NCBI GenBank assembly: GCA_964446625.1
Contig: CAYUPH010000005.1
Coordinates: 1,432 to 65,431, forward strand
Length of the DNA: 64,000 nt
Direction: 5' to 3'
Origin: an uncultured Candidatus Saccharibacteria bacterium
GTDB taxonomy: Bacteria > Patescibacteriota > Minisyncoccia > Phycocordibacterales > CAIRYW01
Shown: in pieces, positions 1 through 8,087 of the stretch
Numbering within the stretch: position 1 is the first letter of the stretch
Layout of the letters: every line of letters begins with the position of its first letter
The notes under the pieces: model-generated
Seen by the model: only the letters and a program-made list of their open reading frames with translations
Database searches by the model: none
Told to the model about the DNA's origin: nothing
Position numbers and translations under genes: made by a program

Positions 1-498
1 ATCGCATTCGGAAGCATGGTTTACAATGTGACTGATCCAGAAAAGTTGTTAGAAGAAATAAAAAAGATTGATCCAGAAACACTCTTTGGAAAATCAACTG
101 CAGACATTTCACTTGATAAGAAAATCCAAGATATTGAAACAGTAGACACGACTGAAAATCCTGAAGATACAAAAGAGGAAACCGAGGAAGAAACCAATAA
201 TGAAACAGAAGCTGTTGATGAAAGTGGTGGAGAAGCAGAGGTCCCAGCTACTGATCCTGTTTTACCCGAAGAAACTTCTAGTAGCACGGATCCGATTTCC
301 TCTCCACTAACACCTGAAGAAACATCAAGTAGTACTGAGCCATTTTCAACACCTGTTACACCTGAGGAGACTTCTAGTAGTACAAGTCCTACTCCTGTTA
401 TCGAAACAGTCCCAGAGGAGACTCCGACTCTTTCTCCAGAGACGCCGACTGAGACACCTGTTCCAGAAACAGAATCTCAAAGTGTATTAACTGAGTAA
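1..498 (+). CDS. 3' part of an acidic, Pro/Glu/Thr/Ser-rich protein (5'-truncated by the window edge)
   Basis: Frame is open from base 1 (IAFGSMVYN...). Low-complexity tail with three 16-aa PEETSSST repeats. Confidence 0.75.
   Translation: MAFGSMVYNVTDPEKLLEEIKKIDPETLFGKSTADISLDKKIQDIETVDTTENPEDTKEETEEETNNETEAVDESGGEAEVPATDPVLPEETSSSTDPISSPLTPEETSSSTEPFSTPVTPEETSSSTSPTPVIETVPEETPTLSPETPTETPVPETESQSVLTE
265..384 (+). repeat. Degenerate 48-bp tandem repeat encoding PEETSSST (3 copies)
   Basis: ccNgaRgaRacWtcWagtagYac recurs at about 265, 313 and 361. Confidence 0.7.
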
Positions 499-502
499 AA
501 AT

Positions 503-685
503 ATGGCACTAAGTGACATTGTTGGAGCGACTGGAGATTCACAAGATTTTATCGTCGAGCTTCCTGCGGGAAATGGAAGTTATGTTCCTGCAGATATTCT
601 TATAGGAAGCGATGAAGCAATACTTTGTGTTGAAGTTCCTGAACAGACAGGAGGGGGAGGAAATATCTTTATTATGTCCGAATAA
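503..685 (+). CDS. Small acidic hypothetical protein (60 aa)
   Basis: Fills the gap between the upstream stop (498) and the tatC start (688) with 4-nt and 2-nt spacers. Confidence 0.65.
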   Translation: MALSDIVGATGDSQDFIVELPAGNGSYVPADILIGSDEAILCVEVPEQTGGGGNIFIMSE

Positions 686-687
686 AA

Positions 688-1410
688 ATGAAGTCTTTTT
701 TTGAAAAGCTTGAAGTATATTTACCGTACCTAGAGGATTTGCAGAGTAGACTTTTTGGGACAACAATTATCTTTTCAGTTTTTTTTGTTCTCGGTTTTTT
801 TAGTGCGGGTATTATTCTTCGGGGGTTTGTTTCTTTTTTTAAAATTGATGGAGTTGTACTTGCTGCATCTTCACCATTTCAGTTTGCGAACCTTGCAATG
901 GATATTGCCTTTTTTGTTTCGCTCCTCGTTTGCCTTCCTGTAATTATTTACCACCTTTTTTCATTTACCGCGTCCGCCCTTACAAAAAAAGAAAAGAAAG
1001 TGGTTTACTTTCTTATTCCTGTGAGCCTTTTTCTATTTCTGTTTGGTTTCGCGTATAGTTTTATGGTTTTATATTACTCATTTGAGCTTTTGGCGAGCTT
1101 AAACGAAAGTCTCGGAATAAAAAATATTTGGGACATAGGCGCCTTTTTATCCCAGATTTTTATGACATCAATTCTACTTGGGATTTTATTTGAGTTTCCA
1201 ATTATTCTCACCCTCCTTATACGAATTGGTTTTATGAAGGTAAAGTTTCTTCAGGAAAAAAGGCGAATTGCTGTCTTTACAGTGTTCATTTTGGCATCTT
1301 TACTTCCCCCTACAGATGGTCTATCATTATTAGCAATGGTTGTGCCTCTGATTTTCCTTTATGAGGCAACTATATTTATTAACATAAACAAAACAAAATG
1401 TTTGGATTAG
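688..1410 (+). CDS. tatC: Twin-arginine translocase subunit TatC
   Basis: About 6 TM helices with TatC-type motifs YLEDLQSRL, SPF, GILFEFP, LPPTDGLS and LYE. Adjacent to tatA. Confidence 0.9.
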   Translation: MKSFFEKLEVYLPYLEDLQSRLFGTTIIFSVFFVLGFFSAGIILRGFVSFFKIDGVVLAASSPFQFANLAMDIAFFVSLLVCLPVIIYHLFSFTASALTKKEKKVVYFLIPVSLFLFLFGFAYSFMVLYYSFELLASLNESLGIKNIWDIGAFLSQIFMTSILLGILFEFPIILTLLIRIGFMKVKFLQEKRRIAVFTVFILASLLPPTDGLSLLAMVVPLIFLYEATIFININKTKCLD

Positions 1411-1571
1411 GATACCGAGAGTTAATCATCATCGCCATCATTGCAATTTTGCTTTTTGGATCAAAGAAGATCCCAGAACTTGCAAAAAGTGTTGTAGATG
1501 CAATTCGACATTTCCGAAGTGCATTTAAGGATGTTGATGAAAACGGAAATGTAGTCAGCAAAAAGAAATAA
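1398..1571 (+). CDS. tatA: Twin-arginine translocase subunit TatA (57 aa, absent from the ORF track)
   Basis: Translated by hand: MFGLGYRELIIIAIIAILLFGSKKIPELAKSVVDAIRHFRSAF..., showing the ELxII...LLFGxKKxPE signature. Confidence 0.93.
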   Translation: MFGLGYRELIIIAIIAILLFGSKKIPELAKSVVDAIRHFRSAFKDVDENGNVVSKKK

Positions 1572-1590
1572 TTTTTGCATCTCCTTTTTT

Positions 1591-1620
1591 AAAAGCGGCC
1601 GTTTGGCCGCTTTTTGTTTT
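1591..1620 (+). terminator. Intrinsic terminator after tatA
   Basis: aaaagcggcc-gttt-ggccgctttt followed by a T-run. Confidence 0.85.
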
Positions 1621-1622
1621 TC

Positions 1623-1650
1623 TTGACAATATGATTTTTTCTGTTATTAT
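1623..1650 (+). promoter_or_regulatory. Sigma70-type promoter for the DEAD-box helicase gene
   Basis: TTGACA (1623-1628), a 16-nt spacer ending TGT, then TATTAT (1645-1650). Confidence 0.65.
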
Positions 1651-1785
1651 GGAGTAGTAACTTATTCTCTTGATTTTTTGGCGAAAAGGGAAGAGGTAAA
1701 AAGCCTCCCCATTAAAAACTCACGAGACATGCTAGCAATTATTCTAACAAGCTAGAGGTTATGTGAGGCTTTTTGCCTAAAAAAT

Positions 1786-2997
1786 ATGTATAAAAACAAC
1801 AAATTCTCCGGAGGAGGATCTTCTTCTGGATTTTCCCCGAAAAGGGGAGGACGGCCTTTTTTTCGAAGGGGTCCTAGCCGAAGAGGCGGAAGAACAGAAA
1901 ATATTAGCCATAGTCGCTTTATAAATAAAGCGGAGGCTGTAGAACAAAAAGAGTACGAAGCAACAAATAGCTTTGAGTCTTTTCCAATTAGTCAGGGTCT
2001 TAAGAAAAGTATCTCTGAAAAGGGATTTTCTGCTCCAACACCGATTCAAGACCAGTCAATTCCTCATATTCTAGAAGGAAAAGATATGGTTGGTATTGCA
2101 AACACAGGTACAGGAAAGACTGCATCTTTTCTCATTCCTCTTATTCATAAAATGGAAAATAAAAGGAGTGAAAAAGCTCTCATCATTGTTCCCACTCGTG
2201 AACTTGCAATTCAAATTGATGAAGAGTTTAAGGCTCTTTCGAAAGGGCTTTCTATGTTCTCTGTTTGTACAGTGGGAGGGCTTCCTATTGGAAAACAAAT
2301 TGTAGATCTTCGAAGAATATACAACGTTGTGATTGGAACTCCAGGGCGCCTCAAAGACCTTATTGAAAGAAAATGTATAAAACTTTCGGATTTTAATTCT
2401 GTTGTACTCGACGAGGCAGACCGAATGCTCGACATGGGATTTATTGGAGATATGCGATTTGTAATGGCTGGAATGCCAAAAGACAGACAAACGCTTTTCT
2501 TTTCTGCGACGCTTTCACCGGATATTCAAAAAATTATTACAGAGTTTTTGACTGATCCTGTTCATGTGTCTGTAAAGACAAGGGATACTTCAAAGGCAGT
2601 TGACCAAGATATTGTTAAAGTGCCAGAAGGACAGGATAAGATTGAGGTTTTGCATAAACTTCTTCAAGGAGAAGAGTTTAATAAGGTTCTTATTTTCGGA
2701 GAAACGAAGTTTGGAGTTGAAAGACTTTCTAAAAAACTAAATCAAAGAGGACTTCTCTCTGCTTCAATTCACGGAAATAAAAATCATGCGCAAAGACAAA
2801 GAGCTCTCGCACTCTTTAAAGACCACAAAGTACAGATTCTTGTTGCAACCGATGTGGCGGCGCGAGGACTAGATATTCCAAATGTAAGCCATGTTATAAA
2901 CTACGACATACCAAAGACTCACGACGACTATGTTCACCGAATTGGTCGAACAGGAAGAGGAGGTAAAACGGGAAAGGCACTTACTTTCGTAAACTAG
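1786..2997 (+). CDS. DEAD-box ATP-dependent RNA helicase (RhlE/CshA-like) with a basic Gly/Arg-rich N-terminus
   Basis: Q motif PTPIQ, ANTGTGKT, PTRELA, TPGRL, DEAD, SAT, ARGLD, HRIGRTGR. Confidence 0.96.
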   Translation: MYKNNKFSGGGSSSGFSPKRGGRPFFRRGPSRRGGRTENISHSRFINKAEAVEQKEYEATNSFESFPISQGLKKSISEKGFSAPTPIQDQSIPHILEGKDMVGIANTGTGKTASFLIPLIHKMENKRSEKALIIVPTRELAIQIDEEFKALSKGLSMFSVCTVGGLPIGKQIVDLRRIYNVVIGTPGRLKDLIERKCIKLSDFNSVVLDEADRMLDMGFIGDMRFVMAGMPKDRQTLFFSATLSPDIQKIITEFLTDPVHVSVKTRDTSKAVDQDIVKVPEGQDKIEVLHKLLQGEEFNKVLIFGETKFGVERLSKKLNQRGLLSASIHGNKNHAQRQRALALFKDHKVQILVATDVAARGLDIPNVSHVINYDIPKTHDDYVHRIGRTGRGGKTGKALTFVN

Positions 2998-3001
2998 TAA
3001 A

Positions 3002-3034
3002 AAACAAAAGGGGCATTATTTGCCCCTTTTGTTT
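3002..3034 (+). terminator. Intrinsic terminator, possibly bidirectional
   Basis: aaacaaaaggggca-ttatt-tgccccttttgttt. Confidence 0.85.
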
Positions 3035-3052
3035 ATAGTGTATAATGCTTGT

Positions 3053-3754
3053 ATGGAAAAAAAGCATAATTACATTACACCTGAAGAGGTAAAACAAGGT
3101 TGTAGGGTTTTAAACCCGGAAGACAGAGATGCACAAAGAATCTGTGTCATCAATGAAGAGTTTAAACAAGGTTTTGAAATTATTGAAAGTCAAAAAAGTT
3201 ATAAAAAGTCAGTTTCTTTTTTTGGATCTGCGCGTTTTAAAGAAGATCATCCTTACTATGAAAAAGCACGAAGCTTAGCAAAGAGAATTGGAACTGAACT
3301 TGGCTATGCAATCACTTCAGGAGGAGGTGGAGGAATTATGGAGGCTGCAAACAGAGGTGGATTTGAAGCGGGTGTCCCGTCACTTGGAATTACAATTAAA
3401 CTTCCTCACGAACAAGCTACAAATCCATATGTGACTCAAGAGATTCCATTTTACTTTTTCTTTTCTAGGAAAGTGATTATGACATTTTCAGCAGAAGCTT
3501 ATATTTTCTTTCCAGGAGGTTTCGGAACAATGGATGAGTTTTTTGAAATTGTAACACTCATTCAGACAAAAAAAATTGTTCCCGTTCCTGTTATTTTATT
3601 TGGTAGCGACTTTTGGACAAAAATAAAAGACTGCACAGACGAACTATTTATAAGACAGTTTCAAACAGTAGACGAAGGAGAAGTGCAGTTTATGATTACA
3701 GACAGTGAGGAGGATGTGCTAAAGATTGTGAAAGAAGCACCACTTCGAAAATAA
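3053..3754 (+). CDS. LOG family nucleotide phosphoribohydrolase (TIGR00730-like)
   Basis: FFGSAR, SGGGGGIMEAANRG, PGGFGTMDE. ATG at 3053 lies 6 nt after TATAAT. Confidence 0.92.
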   Translation: MEKKHNYITPEEVKQGCRVLNPEDRDAQRICVINEEFKQGFEIIESQKSYKKSVSFFGSARFKEDHPYYEKARSLAKRIGTELGYAITSGGGGGIMEAANRGGFEAGVPSLGITIKLPHEQATNPYVTQEIPFYFFFSRKVIMTFSAEAYIFFPGGFGTMDEFFEIVTLIQTKKIVPVPVILFGSDFWTKIKDCTDELFIRQFQTVDEGEVQFMITDSEEDVLKIVKEAPLRK

Positions 3755-3755
3755 C

Positions 3756-5003
3756 CTACGCGTTTTCTCCAGCAACAGCTCCAGTAGTCCAACATAATTG
3801 GAGGCTATACCCTCCACTCGGCCTATCAATATCGAGAACATCACCTACCAAAAATAGGTTTGGGTAGAGGCGAGATTTCATGGTCTTAAAATCTACTTCC
3901 TTCAAGTCGACACCACCACTTGTGATAATTGCTTTATCTGTTCCAAGAAGTCCGGTAATATTTACTTCTAGTTTTTTTAAGAGTTTTCCGAGAGCAAGAC
4001 GATCCTCTTTTTTTAAACTATTGCAAGGGGTGTCTTCATCTATGTTGAGAAGCGATAGAAGAGTATGAGCAAATGCTGTGGGAACAATAGGAAGAAGAGA
4101 GTTTTTGATTTTTTTATTCTGGTTTTCCGTAAGAACGCTTTGAATCTTTCTATCTAGTGTTCCATGATCAAGGGTCGGAAAAATATCGAGCACAACTTTT
4201 ACACTATTGTAACGCAGTCCATCACGGATTTCTTTGCTTAAGTTTAGTATTGTAGGGCCACTGAGTCCAAAGTGAGTGAACAAAACTTTTCCTTTCACTT
4301 TTTTAACAAGGTTGTCACCTTCAAAGACGCTAAGACCAATATCAGAAAAAGAGATTCCTTGGAGCTTCTTTACCCAAGGAGTATCCGAGGTAAGGGGAAC
4401 AAGCGACGCCTCAGGCTCGGTCACACTGTGACCGATTTCTTTTAACCACATAAAGCCTTCTCCAGTAGAGCCAGTTTCGGGGTGTGACTTCCCGCCAGTA
4501 GCAAGAACGATTGCACTACTTTCTAAAACCTCGCCGCGCTTTGTTTTTACACCAATAATTTTTTTATCTTCTAGAACAAAACCTGTTACCTCTGAATTTT
4601 TTTGAATTTTTACTTTTTGTTTATGGAGCTCTTTTGTAAGCACCTCCCACACTGATTTAGCACTATTGCTTACAGGAAAAACTCTTCCTAAAGCTTCAGT
4701 TTTTGTCTCCATACCTCGCGAGTGAAAGAAATCGAGTGTTGATTTTACATCCCAGTGAGAAAAGGTAGAAAAAAGAAACTTTGAGTCGTCTTTAAATTTT
4801 GAAAGAAGCTTTCTTGTGTCGTACTCCTCATTAGTGAGATTACATCGTCCACCTCCTGTTATAAGGAGTTTTTTACCTAAAAAGTCATTTTTCTCAAGAA
4901 GAAGAACTTTCTTGCCTCTCTTTGCAGCCGTAAGAGCAGCCATCATTCCAGATGGTCCTCCTCCTATTACTATTACATCTGGTTTTTCGCTTTTTGTAAT
5001 CAT
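3756..5003 (-). CDS. HI0933/YhiN-family flavoprotein (NAD(P)/FAD-dependent oxidoreductase)
   Basis: IGGGPSG, GKKLLITGGGRCNLTN, LFTHFGLSGP, TSGGV, GGYSLQ. Confidence 0.92.
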   Translation of the reverse strand: MITKSEKPDVIVIGGGPSGMMAALTAAKRGKKVLLLEKNDFLGKKLLITGGGRCNLTNEEYDTRKLLSKFKDDSKFLFSTFSHWDVKSTLDFFHSRGMETKTEALGRVFPVSNSAKSVWEVLTKELHKQKVKIQKNSEVTGFVLEDKKIIGVKTKRGEVLESSAIVLATGGKSHPETGSTGEGFMWLKEIGHSVTEPEASLVPLTSDTPWVKKLQGISFSDIGLSVFEGDNLVKKVKGKVLFTHFGLSGPTILNLSKEIRDGLRYNSVKVVLDIFPTLDHGTLDRKIQSVLTENQNKKIKNSLLPIVPTAFAHTLLSLLNIDEDTPCNSLKKEDRLALGKLLKKLEVNITGLLGTDKAIITSGGVDLKEVDFKTMKSRLYPNLFLVGDVLDIDRPSGGYSLQLCWTTGAVAGENA

Positions 5004-5066
5004 TAGTGCATTCTAGCAGAGTTTTAATTTTTTTGTAGGAAATGAAGAGTGCGGTAAAATATATGT

Positions 5067-6020
5067 ATGAGTCACTTAAAAATAAGCAAAATTCTCTCGT
5101 TTTTTGTCATTTTTCTTGTCTGTACTGCACTTGCCCTTTTTGCTTGGCTTTTCTTTCATCAAAAGTCTGTGTTTGCAAAAGAAAAAGCAGATTCACTTCA
5201 AAGTACAAACCACGAAAGAGAAAGAAAAGTATATACAGATAATCAAAACGGTTTCTCTCTTTTGGTTCCAGAAGGGTGGCGAGGTGAAAATTGTAAAGAA
5301 ATTGATTGTCTTATACTGTTCCATCATTACGAAGGTCTTTTTGAAAACTTAAAGATTTCGGTCAGACCTATACAGCCAACTTATAATGCCGAAAAAGCTT
5401 TTTTTGAGACTCTCTCTCCAAAAGGAAAAGCGGAAAATGCGGGCAAACTTCAAACTGAAGAAGGTCAAACACTTTTTCATAGTAGGGAGGAAGTAGGTGA
5501 CAAGGCGCTCCATACGTTTTTTGTTGATACAAAAAGAGGAAAAACCCTGAGGGTCGCGCTTTTGGGAAATCGAGAGACAGAAAAAGAGTTTTTGAAGGAA
5601 GCAGAAGCTTCATTAAAGACACTTCGTATTTATCCAGGAAAAGGTGCTTTAAAGCTAAATGTTTTTCTTACCAAACTTGAAAAGGGACAAATGTGCGATT
5701 CTGTTTTTGTTCCAATGAATCTTACAGTAGAAAAAGGAGACAGTGAAGAGCTTGTTGCACTCGATACACTCCTTTCCCTAAAAGATTTGGAAACTACCGA
5801 TCCTTACAATGCGCTCTCGTATTCTTCTCTTCGAGTTCAAGATCTTCAGATAAAAGATGAAAAAGCGACAGTAAATTTGGAGGGGTCACTTGTTGCAGGA
5901 GGAGAATGTGATTTGTATCGTATCACTCAACAAATCAAAAATACTCTTATGCAGTTCGGAAAAGTAAAAGAAGTGACTTCTCTCTATAAAGGGAAAGCTC
6001 TTCATGAATATTTTAAATAG
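5067..6020 (+). CDS. Membrane-anchored exported protein with a probable C-terminal GerMN-like domain
   Basis: N-terminal TM helix. C-terminus ATVNL...GGEC...QIKNTLMQFGKVKEV resembles GerMN. Confidence 0.65.
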   Translation: MSHLKISKILSFFVIFLVCTALALFAWLFFHQKSVFAKEKADSLQSTNHERERKVYTDNQNGFSLLVPEGWRGENCKEIDCLILFHHYEGLFENLKISVRPIQPTYNAEKAFFETLSPKGKAENAGKLQTEEGQTLFHSREEVGDKALHTFFVDTKRGKTLRVALLGNRETEKEFLKEAEASLKTLRIYPGKGALKLNVFLTKLEKGQMCDSVFVPMNLTVEKGDSEELVALDTLLSLKDLETTDPYNALSYSSLRVQDLQIKDEKATVNLEGSLVAGGECDLYRITQQIKNTLMQFGKVKEVTSLYKGKALHEYFK

Positions 6021-6021
6021 T

Positions 6022-6303
6022 ATGAAAGCGAAGAGTATAGAAAAAGCAGAAAAGCTAATTGATATCCCAAATGTTGGTCCAAGAATTGCTGCGGACTTAG
6101 TTTTTCTTGGTTATAAAAAACCAAAGGACTTGGTGGGAGCAGATGGATTCAAGTTATATGAAACGCTCTGTAAGAAAACAGGTGTGCGACATGACCCCTG
6201 TGTTTTAGACACTTTTCTTGCAATTGCTGATTTTGTAGCTGGGGGTCCACCTAGAAAATGGTTCAAGTTTACAGCTCTTCGAAAGAAGAAATACAAAATA
6301 TGA
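6022..6303 (+). CDS. Helix-hairpin-helix protein (Cdd1/mitomycin-resistance-like)
   Basis: LIDIPNVGPRIAADL...LYETLC...HDPCVLDTF...W pattern. Confidence 0.85.
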   Translation: MKAKSIEKAEKLIDIPNVGPRIAADLVFLGYKKPKDLVGADGFKLYETLCKKTGVRHDPCVLDTFLAIADFVAGGPPRKWFKFTALRKKKYKI

Positions 6304-6689
6304 TTAAAATCGTTGCATTCGATATTTTTGGTGTTTTTTATAAACCCTCATTTCTACTACTTGGTAGCTACGACAAAGAAATGATTCAAATTGTAGAAGA
6401 ATTAAAAAAGAAAAATATAAGAGTAATTGCAATAACAAATAGTACTCAAAATTTTTCTGGGCTCACCAATGTGTTCCAAAAGAGGTATGTAGGAAGCGAG
6501 CTTGGTATGTATAAACCTGAAAAAAATATGTTCGCTCATGTACTAACGGAAGAAAAAGTAGCTCCAGGAGAAGTTCTGTTTTTTGATGACGGAGCGGAGA
6601 ACGTCGGTGTGGCAAAAGAAATGGGAATCAATGCTTTTCTATTTGAATCACCCGAAGAGACAAAAAAGATTTTAGAGAGGTTTTTTTGA
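6300..6689 (+). CDS. Capless HAD-superfamily hydrolase
   Basis: Motif I FDIFGV, motif II ITNS, motif III KP, motif IV FFDD...NV..A...G. Confidence 0.8.
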   Translation: MIKIVAFDIFGVFYKPSFLLLGSYDKEMIQIVEELKKKNIRVIAITNSTQNFSGLTNVFQKRYVGSELGMYKPEKNMFAHVLTEEKVAPGEVLFFDDGAENVGVAKEMGINAFLFESPEETKKILERFF

Positions 6690-7337
6690 GGGTGTACCGG
6701 GAAGCCGAGGAAAGTCGCTCGGGGTTGGTTTTAGTTTTCGGACCAGTACAAAAACTCTTTCACCGCTCCCTGTCTTTTGAATGGATTCGATTTTACCCCC
6801 GAGTGTTTCTAGTGCATTTTCGGCTTCTTTAAAATCTTCTTTTGAAGAGTCTTTTTGTGCAATGAGGAGCCCTCCTGTCTTCAAAAGAGGAAGTGCATAT
6901 TCGAGAAGAACCGGAAGAGCTGCAACGGCTCTCCCAGTTGCGACGTCGAATTTCTCGCGCATATCTTGGTGTCTGCCTGCTTCTTCTGCTCGTGCAGAAA
7001 CGACCTCAACATTTTGAAGTCCTAAAGTAGATACAATGTGTTCCAAAAAGGTACACTTTTTATTTGTCGCCTCGAGAAGAGTAACCTTTGTTTTCGGAAG
7101 TGCAATTCCTAGGGGAATACCCGGAAAGCCAGCGCCGGAGCCAATATCGATGAGTGTATGAGCGTCTTCTGGAAGCACGGAAATAAGTGAAAGTGAGTCT
7201 TCAAAATGTTTCTCGTCTATATCGCTTTCATTTGTGATTGCTGTTAGGTTAAATTTTTCATTCCAAAGGAGGAGCTCCCTTTTGTATGTGCTAAAAGCGT
7301 CTTGGTTCTCCTTAAGCATGTCTTTTGGTGTTTTCAT
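6672..7337 (-). CDS. rsmG: 16S rRNA m7G527 methyltransferase RsmG
   Basis: WNEKFNLTAI, HFEDSL, DIGSGAGFPGIP, RAEE, GRAVA, FPRLPGTPSKKPL. Confidence 0.95.
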   Translation of the reverse strand: MKTPKDMLKENQDAFSTYKRELLLWNEKFNLTAITNESDIDEKHFEDSLSLISVLPEDAHTLIDIGSGAGFPGIPLGIALPKTKVTLLEATNKKCTFLEHIVSTLGLQNVEVVSARAEEAGRHQDMREKFDVATGRAVAALPVLLEYALPLLKTGGLLIAQKDSSKEDFKEAENALETLGGKIESIQKTGSGERVFVLVRKLKPTPSDFPRLPGTPSKKPL

Positions 7338-7360
7338 ATTGAACAGAATATACTTAAGTT

Positions 7361-8068
7361 GTGAAAGTGACAAATGCAGAGGAGGTAATCCGTAAAGTCA
7401 AAGCGAAAGCTTCAAAAGAAAAAAGTCTCGTCCTCAGACGATTTTTTAAGTGTGGAGTAGGAGAATATGGAGAGGGAGATGTGTTTCTTGGAGTGACTGT
7501 ACCCGAGCTTCGAAGGATTTCAAAAGAAGCCGGCCTTCTTCCGCTCTCACAGATACGAATTCTCATGCAAAATCAAATACACGAAATTAGGCTTATTGGA
7601 CTGTATTTTCTTGTTGCTCTTTATAACGCGTCAGAGACAAAAGAAAAAGTTATCGAATTTTATTTGAAGGAAAAGAAGGCAGTAAACAACTGGGATTTAG
7701 TAGATTCGTCTGCTTCGTATATTTTAGGAGATTTTTTGCTTACACATAAAAAAGAACAAAAGGTTTTAAGTAAACTTATAGAATCAAAAAATTTATGGGA
7801 CAGAAGAATTGGGATTCTTGCGACGTTTTCATTTATTAAAAAAGGAAATTTAGATTTACCGATTTCACTTTATCAAAATCTTCTTTCTGACAAAGAGCCA
7901 CTCATTCAGAAAGCGATTGGATGGATGCTTAGGGAAGTAGGTAAAAAGTCAGAGAAGACGCTCACTGACTTTCTTGAAAACAATATTTCAAGCATTTCAC
8001 GCACGTCGCTTCGCTATGCGATTGAAAGGCTGAGTAATAAACAGAAGGACTATTTTTTGAAAAAGTAA
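7361..8068 (+). CDS. DNA alkylation repair protein (AlkD-like HEAT-repeat glycosylase family)
   Basis: GEYGEGDVFLGVTVP, NNWDLVD, LWDRR, IQKAIGWMLREVGK, RTSLRYAIE. Confidence 0.9.
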   Translation: MKVTNAEEVIRKVKAKASKEKSLVLRRFFKCGVGEYGEGDVFLGVTVPELRRISKEAGLLPLSQIRILMQNQIHEIRLIGLYFLVALYNASETKEKVIEFYLKEKKAVNNWDLVDSSASYILGDFLLTHKKEQKVLSKLIESKNLWDRRIGILATFSFIKKGNLDLPISLYQNLLSDKEPLIQKAIGWMLREVGKKSEKTLTDFLENNISSISRTSLRYAIERLSNKQKDYFLKK

Positions 8069-8087
8069 GTATGGTATAATTTTTTAT

